Below are positions 37,852-47,700 of a DNA stretch of 64,000 nucleotides, piece by piece (position 1 is the stretch's first letter; every line of letters begins with the position of its first letter). Location of the stretch: the NCBI GenBank assembly GCA_964461435.1, contig CAYWUI010000004.1:3067-67066 (forward strand). The letters run 5' to 3'. A program made the position numbers and the translations under genes. The notes beneath the pieces are model-generated. The model was not told the DNA's origin, searched no databases, and worked only from the letters and a program-made list of their open reading frames with translations. Origin of the DNA: an uncultured Bacteroidales bacterium (GTDB lineage Bacteria > Bacteroidota > Bacteroidia > Bacteroidales > UBA10428).

Positions 37852-40629
37852 TTAATGAGCTTCTAACCAGTTATCGCCGACCCCGGTATCTGTTATCAAA
37901 GGGACTTCCAGTTTAACAGCGTTCTCCATCTCATATTTTACCAGCTTTCTTATATCATCCAGCTCAGTCCTGTGCACATCAAATATCAGTTCATCATGAA
38001 CCTGAAGAATCATTTTGGTTTTATACTTCCCTGCCAGCTTCTTATGTATATTCACCATTGCAAGTTTAATAATATCAGCTGCCGAGCCCTGGAGCGGGGT
38101 ATTTATGGCGTTGCGTTCAGCCATTCCTCTTATAAAGGAATTCGCAGAATTAATATCTTTAAGATATCTTCTTCTTCCGAATATTGTTTCAGCATAGCCC
38201 TTATTCTTTGCCATATCTATTGATCTATCCATATATTCTTTTACCCTGCTATATGTATTAAAGTAATTATCAATCAATGTTTTAGCCTCTGCCCTGGAAA
38301 TATTAAGCCTTTGCGATAAACCGAATGATGATATCCCGTATATTATCCCGAAATTTGCAGTTTTTGCCTTCCTTCTCATTTCGCCTGTAACATTCTTGGG
38401 TGATACATTATAAATTTTAACTGCTGTAGCCGAATGAATATCTTCATTATTCATAAAAGCTTCTATCATGTTCTCATCCTTGCTCAGGTGTGCCATCAGC
38501 CTAAGTTCAATCTGCGAATAATCCGCCGACAGAAGGACATGGTTTTTGTCTGAGGCCACGAATGATTTTCTTATCTCCCGCCCTCTTTCTTCTCTTACCG
38601 GAATATTCTGAAGATTTGGATTCTTTGAACTTAGCCTGCCCGTTGTAACCCAGGCTTGTTCGAAAGAAGTGTGTATTTTCCCTGTTTTATTATATATCAG
38701 CTTTGGCAGTGCTTCCACGTATGTTGAAAGTAATTTTTTCAGTGCCCTGTATTCCAGTACCTTATCAACTATTTCATGTTTATCTTTTAACCTGACAAGA
38801 ACTTCTTCGCTGGTTGAATATTGTTTTGATTTTGTTTTCTGCGTTCCCCCTGAAATATTCAGCTTTTCAAACAATATTTCTCCCAGCTGTTTCGGTGATG
38901 ATATATTGAATTCTGTCCCTGCAAGCCTGAAAATTTCCTTTTCCATATTAATAATCTGGCTTCTCAATTCAATTGCAAACTTGTTTAAATCTTCCGTATT
39001 TATCCTGAATCCGGAGTTTTCCATATCAGATAATACCCTAATCAATGGCATTTCTATTCTTTCAGACAGTTCGGTCATCCGGTTGGTTTTTAATTCATCT
39101 GCAAGTATTTTATATAGCTGCCATGTCAAATCCGCGTCTTCCCCTGCATATTCACTGATAGTATCTATGTCCACACTTCTCATACTCATCTGGTTTTTCC
39201 CTTTTTTGCCAATAAGTTCCTCAATAGACACAGGGTTATAGTTTAAATAGTTAGCCGCTAGATATTCAAGGTTATGTTTAAGATCGGGCTGAATTAAATA
39301 ATGTGCAATCATAGTATCAAATAGCTCGCCGTTAACTTCTATATCATAATTATTTAAGACCTGGATATCGTACTTGATATTCTGCCCTATTTTTTTTATC
39401 TGATCATTTGAAAACACATTTTTAAACTCAGTGGCTATAGCCCCGGCTTGTTTCTGATCAGCAGGAACAGGCACATAATATGCTTCATGTGCCTTGAATG
39501 AAAAGGACATTCCAACAAGTTCAGATTGATGCACATCCAGGCTTGTAGTTTCAGTATCAAAACTAAATTCCTTAAGCTTTGACAGCTTTTTTACCAGGTC
39601 TTCTCTTTTACTTTTTGTGTCGGTCAAATAGTACTTATGTTTAACCGTTGTAATATTATCTTTATCAGCAGTTTTTTTAGGAGGCTCTTCAATTTCGTTG
39701 CTTTCAAATAAATTTTTCTGGACCGCCACAGAGTCATTGGCGAGCATTATATTCTCTATATTCAAAATTCTTGAGGCCAGGGTTCTGAATTCCAGTTCTT
39801 TAAAAACTTTCATCAGGGATTTTCTGTCAGGTTCCTTAATCCCGAGGTCATTTATTTTAATATCAACCGGAACATCAATGACGATTGTCACCAGTTGTTT
39901 TGACAGTGCAACCTGCTGCCTGTATTGTAAAATATTATCCCTTTGTTTTCCTTTCAGTTCATCAATATGGTCATAAATTTCCTTCAGATCATTGTATTTT
40001 TCTATCAGGCTCTTGGCCGTTTTTTCTCCGATGCCGGGGACTCCCGGTATATTATCAGTGCTGTCACCCCATAGTGCCAGTACATCGGTAACATTCCCGG
40101 GATCCCTGACCCTGAAATTCTCTTTAACTTCGTCAACTCCTATTATTTCATTCTCACTTCCCGAACGTCCCGGTTTATAAATAAAAATATTTTCCGAAAC
40201 CAACTGGGCATAATCTTTATCTGATGTCATCATAAATACCCTAAATCCATCTTTTTCAGCCTTTTTTGCAAGTGTCCCTATAACATCATCAGCCTCATAT
40301 CCCTCTATTTCAATCACATTAATATTATATCCCCTGATTATCTCTTTGATATAGGGAACTGATAACTTTATTTCTTCCGGTGTTTTAAGTCTTGTTGCTT
40401 TATAGTCTTTGTACATCTTATGTCTGAAGGTAGGAGGAGGAGGATCAAAAACAACGGCAATATGTGAAGGCTTTTCCTTTCTTATAATTTCGTCGAGGGT
40501 ACTTGTAAATCCAAAAATTGCCGAGGTATTCAATCCTTTTGAATTTCTTATGGGCCGGCTTATAAAAGCGTAATAGGCACGAAAAATTAGTGCGTATGCA
40601 TCAAATAAAAAGAGCTTTTTATCAGTCAT
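37852..40629 (-). CDS. polA: DNA polymerase I
   Basis: 925 aa with a 5' nuclease domain (LFDAYALIFRAYYA), a 3'-5' exonuclease (FDTETTSL) and polymerase motifs (LLSADYSQIELR, RRKAKTANFGIIYG, QVHDEL). Confidence 0.97.
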   Translation of the reverse strand: MTDKKLFLFDAYALIFRAYYAFISRPIRNSKGLNTSAIFGFTSTLDEIIRKEKPSHIAVVFDPPPPTFRHKMYKDYKATRLKTPEEIKLSVPYIKEIIRGYNINVIEIEGYEADDVIGTLAKKAEKDGFRVFMMTSDKDYAQLVSENIFIYKPGRSGSENEIIGVDEVKENFRVRDPGNVTDVLALWGDSTDNIPGVPGIGEKTAKSLIEKYNDLKEIYDHIDELKGKQRDNILQYRQQVALSKQLVTIVIDVPVDIKINDLGIKEPDRKSLMKVFKELEFRTLASRILNIENIMLANDSVAVQKNLFESNEIEEPPKKTADKDNITTVKHKYYLTDTKSKREDLVKKLSKLKEFSFDTETTSLDVHQSELVGMSFSFKAHEAYYVPVPADQKQAGAIATEFKNVFSNDQIKKIGQNIKYDIQVLNNYDIEVNGELFDTMIAHYLIQPDLKHNLEYLAANYLNYNPVSIEELIGKKGKNQMSMRSVDIDTISEYAGEDADLTWQLYKILADELKTNRMTELSERIEMPLIRVLSDMENSGFRINTEDLNKFAIELRSQIINMEKEIFRLAGTEFNISSPKQLGEILFEKLNISGGTQKTKSKQYSTSEEVLVRLKDKHEIVDKVLEYRALKKLLSTYVEALPKLIYNKTGKIHTSFEQAWVTTGRLSSKNPNLQNIPVREERGREIRKSFVASDKNHVLLSADYSQIELRLMAHLSKDENMIEAFMNNEDIHSATAVKIYNVSPKNVTGEMRRKAKTANFGIIYGISSFGLSQRLNISRAEAKTLIDNYFNTYSRVKEYMDRSIDMAKNKGYAETIFGRRRYLKDINSANSFIRGMAERNAINTPLQGSAADIIKLAMVNIHKKLAGKYKTKMILQVHDELIFDVHRTELDDIRKLVKYEMENAVKLEVPLITDTGVGDNWLEAH

Positions 40630-40661
40630 GACAGAGAATAATTTTAATTAACAGACATATA

Positions 40662-40669
40662 CAAATATA
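40662..40669 (-). promoter_or_regulatory. Candidate -7 box (TATATTTG on the reverse strand) for polA
   Basis: The + strand reads caaatata, which matches TAnnTTTG on the reverse strand. It lies about 33 nt upstream of the polA ATG. Confidence 0.35.
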
Positions 40670-40791
40670 TGGCTAATTTGAATGCAAATAATTATTTCGC
40701 CGGCATATCCGCATTTTTAAAATATATTGTTAAATTAAAATAAATATCGGCGGCATATGCTGCATTTTGGTAAAACCTTGGTAATTATTAT

Positions 40792-40799
40792 TAAATTTG
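40792..40799 (+). promoter_or_regulatory. Candidate -7 box (TAAATTTG) for the polyprenyl synthase gene
   Basis: It matches TAnnTTTG and lies 20 nt upstream of the ATG at 40819. Because it sits almost on top of the TTG at 40804, the ATG is the more likely start. Confidence 0.4.
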
Positions 40800-40818
40800 G
40801 ATTTTGAAAAATATTTCT

Positions 40819-41793
40819 ATGCCTGATCTTTCTGCAATAAAGACAACAATAGCCCCCGAATTAAAATTGTTTGAAACAGAGTTCAAAAGTATAATGAGGA
40901 GCAGGATTCCCTTGCTGAACATTGTCACTAACTATATAATTCGCAGAAAAGGCAAGCAAATTCGTCCCATGTTTGTCTTTCTTACTGCTAAATTATTGGG
41001 CAATGTAACCCCTGCGACTTATATAGCTGCAGCCCTTATTGAAATACTGCATACAGCTACTCTTATTCATGATGATGTCGTGGATGATACGCATGAAAGA
41101 CGGGGATTTCTTTCCATTAATGCAATCTGGAAATCAAAAATAGCTGTGCTTGTCGGTGATTATTTACTTTCAAGAGGCTTGCTGCTAGCTGTAAATAATA
41201 AGCAATATGAGCTTCTGGATATAGTATCCGGTGCTGTAAAAGAGATGAGTGAAGGGGAATTGCTGCAGATTCAAAAATCCAGGAAATTAAACTTAACCGA
41301 AGAACAGTATTATGAAATCATCAGGAAAAAAACTGCCGCATTGATTGCATCCTGTACGGCATGCGGCGCAAAATCCGTATCAGCGAGTGAAGAAACTGTT
41401 AACCGGATGTGGAAATTTGGAGAGAATATAGGGATGGCATTTCAGATTAAAGATGATCTGCTTGACTACCATGACAGGAATATAATCGGAAAACCAACGG
41501 GTAATGACATAAAGGAAAAGAAGCTGACATTACCATTGATTTATGGATTGTCAAATAATAACAAAGCAGATAACAATAGAATTTTAAGGCTTATAAGCAA
41601 TAACCACAAGAATTCAAAAAAAATAAGAGAAGTAATTGAATTTGTCAAGAGGAATGGAGGAATTGAATACTCACAAAATAAGATGTCAGAATACAGGAAT
41701 AAGGCACTGGAAATAATTGCTGATTATCCCGATTCTGAAATAAAAAAGTCACTCATTGATCTTGTAAATTTTACTACTACAAGAACTGCCTGA
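40819..41793 (+). CDS. Polyprenyl diphosphate synthase (trans-isoprenyl, long-chain type)
   Basis: It has the first Asp-rich motif LIHDDVVDD and the second FQIKDDLLD. I trimmed the ORF-track TTG start (40804) to the ATG at 40819. Confidence 0.9.
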   Translation: MPDLSAIKTTIAPELKLFETEFKSIMRSRIPLLNIVTNYIIRRKGKQIRPMFVFLTAKLLGNVTPATYIAAALIEILHTATLIHDDVVDDTHERRGFLSINAIWKSKIAVLVGDYLLSRGLLLAVNNKQYELLDIVSGAVKEMSEGELLQIQKSRKLNLTEEQYYEIIRKKTAALIASCTACGAKSVSASEETVNRMWKFGENIGMAFQIKDDLLDYHDRNIIGKPTGNDIKEKKLTLPLIYGLSNNNKADNNRILRLISNNHKNSKKIREVIEFVKRNGGIEYSQNKMSEYRNKALEIIADYPDSEIKKSLIDLVNFTTTRTA

Positions 41794-43579
41794 AAAAATT
41801 ATATACAACCTTTGCTTTTTTTTCACCTATAATATCAATTAGCTGCTCTAATCCTGCGTTTTTAACAGCGCTCATATCATTAAACCTGTCCATTAGCTTC
41901 TGAGCAGTTATATCTCCTATCCCAGGAATATTATCGATTTCAGATCTAAGTGCAGATTTTATTCTTCTGTTTCTATGAAATGCTATTCCAAATCTGTGTG
42001 CTTCGTTTCTTATGTTCTGAATTACTTTTAAGCTTTGCGAGTTCTTATTGAGATAAAGAGGGACGGAATCCCCCGGGAAATATATTTCTTCAAGTCTTTT
42101 TGCTATTCCAATCAACCCTGGTTTTTCTTTAATTTCAAGTGTCTGCAGGCTTTTCAGAGCTGCATTAAGCTGTCCTTTTCCCCCGTCAATTATAACCAGC
42201 TGGGGCAAGGGCTCATTATCTTCAATTAATCTTTTAAATCGCCTGTATACGACCTCCCCTATTGAAGCAAAATCATTTATGCCGCTTACTGTTCTAATAA
42301 TAAAATGGCGGTATTCTTTTTTGCTTGGTTTTGTATTTCTGAATACAACACATGAAGCCACTGAGTCAGAGCCCTGAATATTTGATATGTCAAAACATTC
42401 AATATGGTATGGTAAATCTTTGAGCCTCAGGTCTTCTTTAAGGGTGATTAACAGTCTTTCTGTCCTGTTATCTGTCTTATTATCAGTCTTTTGCCTTATT
42501 CTTTCAAGCTGGTAATTCTTTGCATTTCTATACGAAAGTTCAAGTAATTTCTTTTTATCTCCTTTCCTGGGTACAACTTTTTTTACATTACTAAAATTAA
42601 CATCCAGCTTAAATGGCAGTATGATTTCACTGGAATCACTCTTAAGCCTCTCCCTGATTTCAACAATAGCAAATGATAGCAGTTCTTCCTTTTTCTCCTC
42701 AATCCGTTTTACCATTTCAATTGTATGAGACTGGATAATTGCCCCTTTGATTACTTTAAGATAGTTTACGTAGGCTATACTTTCTTCATCAACCATAGAA
42801 AACACGTCAATATTGTTAATATTGGCATTAACCACAGTTGATTTGCTTTTGAACTTTTCCAGTACTTCAATCTTTTTCTTTATTAATTCAGCCTCTTCAT
42901 ATTTATATTCGGCAGCATACTGTCTCATCAAATCCTTCAGGTAGTATATTACATTTTGCAGGTTGCCTTTCAGAATTTGTCTTATTTGTTTTATTGAACT
43001 TTCATAATCTTCTTCTGTCTGTAAGTTTTCGCAGGGACCTTTACAATTTCCCAGGTGATATTCAAGGCATATCTTATATTTTCCTTTTTCTATATTTTCT
43101 TTTGACAGTTTATACTTACAATTACGAAGATTATATAATTGCCTTATCAGGTTTAATAAAGTCCTTACCATAACTGCTGACGTATAGGGGCCAAAATACT
43201 CGGAGCTATCTTTTTCCGGTTTTCTTGTAAGGAATACTCTTGGGAATCTTTCTTTTTTAATACATATCCATGGGAATGTTTTATCATCTTTTAATAAAAC
43301 ATTATACCTGGGCAAATATTTCTTGATGAAATTATTTTCCAGGAGTAAAGCATCGGATTCATTTTCGACAATTACACATTTAATATCGTCTATTTTCCTG
43401 ACAAGTACTTCTGTTTTATAATTTGATTTCTTTGAGGCCGAAAAATATGACGATACTCTTTTCTTTAAATCCTTTGCCTTTCCTATATAAATAATATTGC
43501 CGGATTTATCAATAAATTGATAAACACCTGGCTTATCCGGTAAAAATGCTATAATATTTCCGAGTTTCCTGGTGATCAA
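41777..43579 (-). CDS. uvrC: Excinuclease ABC subunit C
   Basis: 600 aa with a GIY-YIG domain (PGVYQFIDKSGNIIYIGKA), a UVR domain, an RNase H-like endonuclease region and a C-terminal HhH (IPGIGDITAQKL). The start is TTG. The 3' end overlaps the convergent gene by 17 nt. Confidence 0.95.
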   Translation of the reverse strand: MITRKLGNIIAFLPDKPGVYQFIDKSGNIIYIGKAKDLKKRVSSYFSASKKSNYKTEVLVRKIDDIKCVIVENESDALLLENNFIKKYLPRYNVLLKDDKTFPWICIKKERFPRVFLTRKPEKDSSEYFGPYTSAVMVRTLLNLIRQLYNLRNCKYKLSKENIEKGKYKICLEYHLGNCKGPCENLQTEEDYESSIKQIRQILKGNLQNVIYYLKDLMRQYAAEYKYEEAELIKKKIEVLEKFKSKSTVVNANINNIDVFSMVDEESIAYVNYLKVIKGAIIQSHTIEMVKRIEEKKEELLSFAIVEIRERLKSDSSEIILPFKLDVNFSNVKKVVPRKGDKKKLLELSYRNAKNYQLERIRQKTDNKTDNRTERLLITLKEDLRLKDLPYHIECFDISNIQGSDSVASCVVFRNTKPSKKEYRHFIIRTVSGINDFASIGEVVYRRFKRLIEDNEPLPQLVIIDGGKGQLNAALKSLQTLEIKEKPGLIGIAKRLEEIYFPGDSVPLYLNKNSQSLKVIQNIRNEAHRFGIAFHRNRRIKSALRSEIDNIPGIGDITAQKLMDRFNDMSAVKNAGLEQLIDIIGEKKAKVVYNFFRQFL

Positions 43580-43645
43580 TTCTTTAAATAGGTTAAATTA
43601 AAATAATTGATATTGTGAATTCTGAAATATGTTCCACGTGGAACG

Positions 43646-45517
43646 TTATCTTCCAATATGGACCAGCAAAACATTTATATCAGCAGGAGAAACCCCTGAT
43701 ATTCTCAATGCCTGTCCGATAGTCCGCGGCTTCACCCTTGCAAGCTTCTGCCTTCCTTCCGTGGAAATTGACTTAAGCTTGCTGTAATCAATTAATGGGC
43801 TTATTTTAATATTTTCCAGCCTTTTTATTTTGCCTGCCTGTTCCTTTTCCCTCTTAATATATCCATCGTACTTTATCTCTATCTCGCTTAATTCGATAAT
43901 ATCCTCTCTGCACATTTCAATATCATTAACTATTTCTTTAATTTTCTCTATATAATTAATTAAATCATAGATTTTTATTTGAGGCCTTAATAACAAGTTG
44001 TACAGTTTTATGCTTTGATTAATCTCCGATGTATTTTTTTCTCTTAAAAGTCCGTTTATTTCATCCGGCTTTACGGTGTAATTTTTTATAAATCCGATTA
44101 ATTCATTCTTTTTACCCGCTTTATATTTCAATCTATTAATCCTGTTCTTTCCTGCCAGTCCGATTTCATATGCTTTTTCCGTTAATCTCTCATCTGCATT
44201 ATCCTGCCTCAGCATTATCCTGTATTCAGCCCTTGATGTAAACATTCTGTATGGTTCATCAACTCCCTTATTTATTAAATCATCTATTAAAACGCCTATA
44301 TAGGCTTCATCCCTCCCTAAAATAAACTCCTTTTCTCCATTATTTTTCAAATGAGCATTAATTCCTGCCATAATACCTTGCGCTCCTGCCTCCTCGTACC
44401 CCGTGGTTCCGTTTATCTGTCCTGCAAAATATAAGCCTTCGATTCTTTTTGTTTCCAGTGTATAATAAAGCTGTGTCGGCGGATAATAATCATATTCTAT
44501 AGCATAGCCAGGCCTGAAAATTCTGACATTTTCCAGTCCCTTTATAGTTCGCAGTGCCTTATACTGTATATCTATTGGCAGTGACGATGAAAATCCGTTC
44601 AGATAATACTCAATATTATTGTCGCCTTCGGGCTCAATAAACAGCTGATGTCTTTTTTTATCCGAAAATGTAACAATTTTACCCTCAATACTCGGACAGT
44701 ATCTTGGTCCGATCCCTTTTATTGTCCCGTTAAATAAAGGCGAATCCCCGAATCCCCTTCTCAGTATATTATGCGTTTTTTCGCTTGTGTATGTAACAAA
44801 ACAGCTTTTTTCAGTTACTATCCTTCTTTTTGACAAATATGAAAATGCTCCTCCCTCTTCATCTCCCTTTTGTTCATTTAATATTGAAAAATCAATAGTT
44901 CTGCCGTCCAGCCTTGCAGGTGTCCCTGTTTTCATCCTGTCCACACCGAAACCCATTTTCTTTAGCTGCTTTGATATACCTGATGATACTGGTTCCGATA
45001 TTCTTCCGCCGCTTATCTTTACCCTGCCTATATGTATTAATCCGTTTTCAAAGGTTCCGCATGCAAGAATTACAGATCTTGAATAAAACTTAACATTATT
45101 TATTGTCAGAACACCTTTAACTTTTTCCGCTTCTATTATTAATTCCTTTACATTATCCTGCCACAGATCAATGTTCTTATTTTTCTCAATAACTCTCCGC
45201 CATTCCATGTAAAATCTCATTCTGTCACATTGAGCCCTCGGACTCCACATTGCCGGCCCCTTGGATTTATTAAGCATCCTGAACTGAATCATACTTCTGT
45301 CGGTTACAATTCCCGAATAACCTCCAAGTGCATCTATTTCTCTTATAATCTGCCCTTTTGCTATTCCTCCCATTGCAGGATTACATGACATTTGGGCAAT
45401 TTTTGTCATATCCATGGTTATCAAAAGTACTTTTGACCCCATATTTGCACCTGCGCATGCGGCTTCACATCCCGCATGTCCTGCTCCAACCACAATTATA
45501 TCATATTTATAATTCAT
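43646..45517 (-). CDS. mnmG: tRNA uridine 5-carboxymethylaminomethyl modification enzyme MnmG
   Basis: 623 aa with the FAD motif DIIVVGAGHAGCEA, CNPAMGGIAKG and GPRYCPSIE. Confidence 0.97.
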   Translation of the reverse strand: MNYKYDIIVVGAGHAGCEAACAGANMGSKVLLITMDMTKIAQMSCNPAMGGIAKGQIIREIDALGGYSGIVTDRSMIQFRMLNKSKGPAMWSPRAQCDRMRFYMEWRRVIEKNKNIDLWQDNVKELIIEAEKVKGVLTINNVKFYSRSVILACGTFENGLIHIGRVKISGGRISEPVSSGISKQLKKMGFGVDRMKTGTPARLDGRTIDFSILNEQKGDEEGGAFSYLSKRRIVTEKSCFVTYTSEKTHNILRRGFGDSPLFNGTIKGIGPRYCPSIEGKIVTFSDKKRHQLFIEPEGDNNIEYYLNGFSSSLPIDIQYKALRTIKGLENVRIFRPGYAIEYDYYPPTQLYYTLETKRIEGLYFAGQINGTTGYEEAGAQGIMAGINAHLKNNGEKEFILGRDEAYIGVLIDDLINKGVDEPYRMFTSRAEYRIMLRQDNADERLTEKAYEIGLAGKNRINRLKYKAGKKNELIGFIKNYTVKPDEINGLLREKNTSEINQSIKLYNLLLRPQIKIYDLINYIEKIKEIVNDIEMCREDIIELSEIEIKYDGYIKREKEQAGKIKRLENIKISPLIDYSKLKSISTEGRQKLARVKPRTIGQALRISGVSPADINVLLVHIGR

Positions 45518-45533
45518 GTGCCAGCAAAAAAAT

Positions 45534-45947
45534 CTATGAATTTAAATAAAAATTTTCCTTATTTGTCATTACGTCCCTTCCCTTATTACTTTTATCTTCA
45601 TACCCCAGTAAATGTAAAATCCCGTGAATGATAATACGTTTTATTTCCTCATTTATATTCCCTTCTGAATATTTATCACTGTTTTCCCTTATTCTTTCAA
45701 TACTTATATAGATCTCGCCACTCACAGTATTTTTGAATGTATTGCTAAATACAATAACATCAGTAGAATATTCCCTGTTCAGAAATTTTTTATTTAAATT
45801 AAGGATGGCTTTATCCGATGTAAAAATGATTCTAATTTCTCCCCGCCTGTATCCCTCTTTGTTGATAATGGAATTTATTAAATGAGTATAATTCTTTTCT
45901 TCAACTAATCTAAATGAAGTGCCTTTATAATAATACTTTACATTCAA
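45534..45947 (-). CDS. ybeY: rRNA maturation RNase YbeY
   Basis: 137 aa with the Zn site HGILHLLGYED. The start is TTG, 4 nt after the upstream stop. Confidence 0.9.
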   Translation of the reverse strand: MNVKYYYKGTSFRLVEEKNYTHLINSIINKEGYRRGEIRIIFTSDKAILNLNKKFLNREYSTDVIVFSNTFKNTVSGEIYISIERIRENSDKYSEGNINEEIKRIIIHGILHLLGYEDKSNKGRDVMTNKENFYLNS

Positions 45948-45951
45948 ATAT

Positions 45952-46350
45952 TTATTTCAAATTAAATGCCAGTACGACAGTTGCTCCGTTCCTTGAAAAT
46001 TCCATTCCGTCCGATAACTTTTCCATTAAGAAAATACCCCTGCCGTTAATATTTTCAATGTTCTCAGGTGCGGTAGGATCAGGAATGTTTTTATAGTCAA
46101 ATCCATCGCCCTCATCATCAACTCTTATTTTTAATGTTTTTTCGTCCTTGTTAATAATAATATTTACCAATTTATTTTCATCCAGTTTGTTCCCATGCAA
46201 AATCGCATTATTAGCCGCCTCCAGGGCTGCAATCAATATATTCCCGTATATATCCGAACTTATATTATATTCAGCTGAAATATCATCCACAAGTTTCTCC
46301 ACTTTCCTAAGATTCTCAATTTTCGATTTTATTTCATATTTTTTTTCCAT
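45952..46350 (-). CDS. Small HATPase_c_2-type Ser/Thr protein kinase (RsbW/SpoIIAB/SiaB-like anti-sigma-type kinase)
   Basis: 132 aa with the N-box EAANNAILHGN, the G1 box VDDEGDGFD and the G2 box GRGIFLMEKLSD. Confidence 0.8.
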   Translation of the reverse strand: MEKKYEIKSKIENLRKVEKLVDDISAEYNISSDIYGNILIAALEAANNAILHGNKLDENKLVNIIINKDEKTLKIRVDDEGDGFDYKNIPDPTAPENIENINGRGIFLMEKLSDGMEFSRNGATVVLAFNLK

Positions 46351-46481
46351 CTAATTACATTTTCAATAATATCATTGAATTCTCCCTCTTATACTGCAAT
46401 TAAATAATTATGTTACTAAATTAGTTAATTTCTATCCGAAAATAGTAAAAAATAATCTAATTTATTTACAAAAATATTTTT

Positions 46482-47687
46482 CTAATTGCTAAGCCATAAT
46501 TCCGGGTTATTGTTTTGTGATTCCTTCCAAATCTGAAAGTGCAATATTGTCTGCTTGGTTTTTTCATCAGTGTAGACATTTCCTATCTTCTCCTTTGTAT
46601 ATACCGTTTCTCCCGGACTTACGGATATATTCTTCAGATTATGGTACAACGTATAATAATTACCATGTCTTAAAATCACAGTATAATTTTCGCCGGGAAT
46701 GGTAAATATTTTTGATACTTTTCCATTAAAAACCGCCCTTACTTCGGCATCCCTCACTGTGGATATATCAATCCCGTCATTTCTAATCTTAATATTCTTT
46801 AAAACAGGATGATCCTGTTCACCGTACTTCCCTGTGATTATACCGTATTTTACAGGCCACGGCAGCTTCCCTGTATTTTTTTCAAAATTGTCTGAAATAA
46901 GCTGCTCTTCAGGTGTTAACAATGTGTATGTTCCTTTCTGCTTATTCCTTTCCTCTTCTATTAACTTCTCAAGCTCCTTCTTTATTTTGTCAGCAAGTTT
47001 TCTTTTTTCCTCAAGCTCAATTACCAGTTCATTTTCTCTTTTTGATAATTCGCCGATTAAGGCTTCCTTGGTGGCTTTTTCCCTGACTATATTAATATTC
47101 TCCGATTCCTTTTCCTTTATAAGCCTTGCCTTGGCATCTTTATCCCTGTTTAATTCCACAATTTTCTTCTCTATGATATTTTTAAACGCAAAAATTAATT
47201 TTGCCTGCTTTTTCTTATATTCCGAATACTGTTGTATATATCTTACCCTTTTATAAGCCTGGTCAAAGCTTTCAGATGCCAGAATATACATTAACAGCAC
47301 GTTCTGTTCTCTCTTTTTGTAAGCATTTACTATAATCCTGGCATATTCCTCCTTAATTTTTATTAAATCAGCCTCCAAAGAAGCTATAAGGTTCCTGTTG
47401 TCTGTTATCTTTTTATTAAGGTCCTCTATCTCTTCAGCTAATTCCTTAATATATTTATTTCGGGCATTTATCCTATACTCGAGGATTTTCAATTCATTTA
47501 TTGAATATTTCTTTTTTTCTTTTATTTCCCCGAGTATTTTGCTTGCATATTCTATTTCCTGCCTTGCCCTGGATTGCAAATCCCTTAATTTTTCTTTATC
47601 CTGCCCATATATTTGATTAACTGTCAAGCATATAAATAATATCAGTAAATATTTTAATCCCGCATAGTATATTCTAATATCTTTCAA
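46482..47687 (-). CDS. Coiled-coil murein hydrolase activator / M23 (LytM-domain) protein, EnvC-like
   Basis: 401 aa with a signal peptide and ~230 aa of heptad-like K/E-rich coiled coil. The C-terminal LytM domain has GIDISTVRDAEVRAVFNGKV and LHFQIW. The start is TTG. Confidence 0.85.
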   Translation of the reverse strand: MKDIRIYYAGLKYLLILFICLTVNQIYGQDKEKLRDLQSRARQEIEYASKILGEIKEKKKYSINELKILEYRINARNKYIKELAEEIEDLNKKITDNRNLIASLEADLIKIKEEYARIIVNAYKKREQNVLLMYILASESFDQAYKRVRYIQQYSEYKKKQAKLIFAFKNIIEKKIVELNRDKDAKARLIKEKESENINIVREKATKEALIGELSKRENELVIELEEKRKLADKIKKELEKLIEEERNKQKGTYTLLTPEEQLISDNFEKNTGKLPWPVKYGIITGKYGEQDHPVLKNIKIRNDGIDISTVRDAEVRAVFNGKVSKIFTIPGENYTVILRHGNYYTLYHNLKNISVSPGETVYTKEKIGNVYTDEKTKQTILHFQIWKESQNNNPELWLSN

Positions 47688-47700
47688 TTTTCATCAGGTA

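Noticed and set aside
38669-39241. 190-aa ORF on the + strand inside polA, plus similar ORFs at 37972..38223, 39698..39976 and 39885..40180.
   Set aside because: It lies entirely antisense to a strongly supported polA reading frame. The S/F/L/I-rich composition is typical of the antisense frame of an AT-rich gene. No motifs were found.
46834-47256. 140-aa ORF antisense to the EnvC-like gene, plus an ORF at 47398..47616.
   Set aside because: It is a low-complexity S/F/L product generated by reading the K/E-rich coiled-coil codons backwards.
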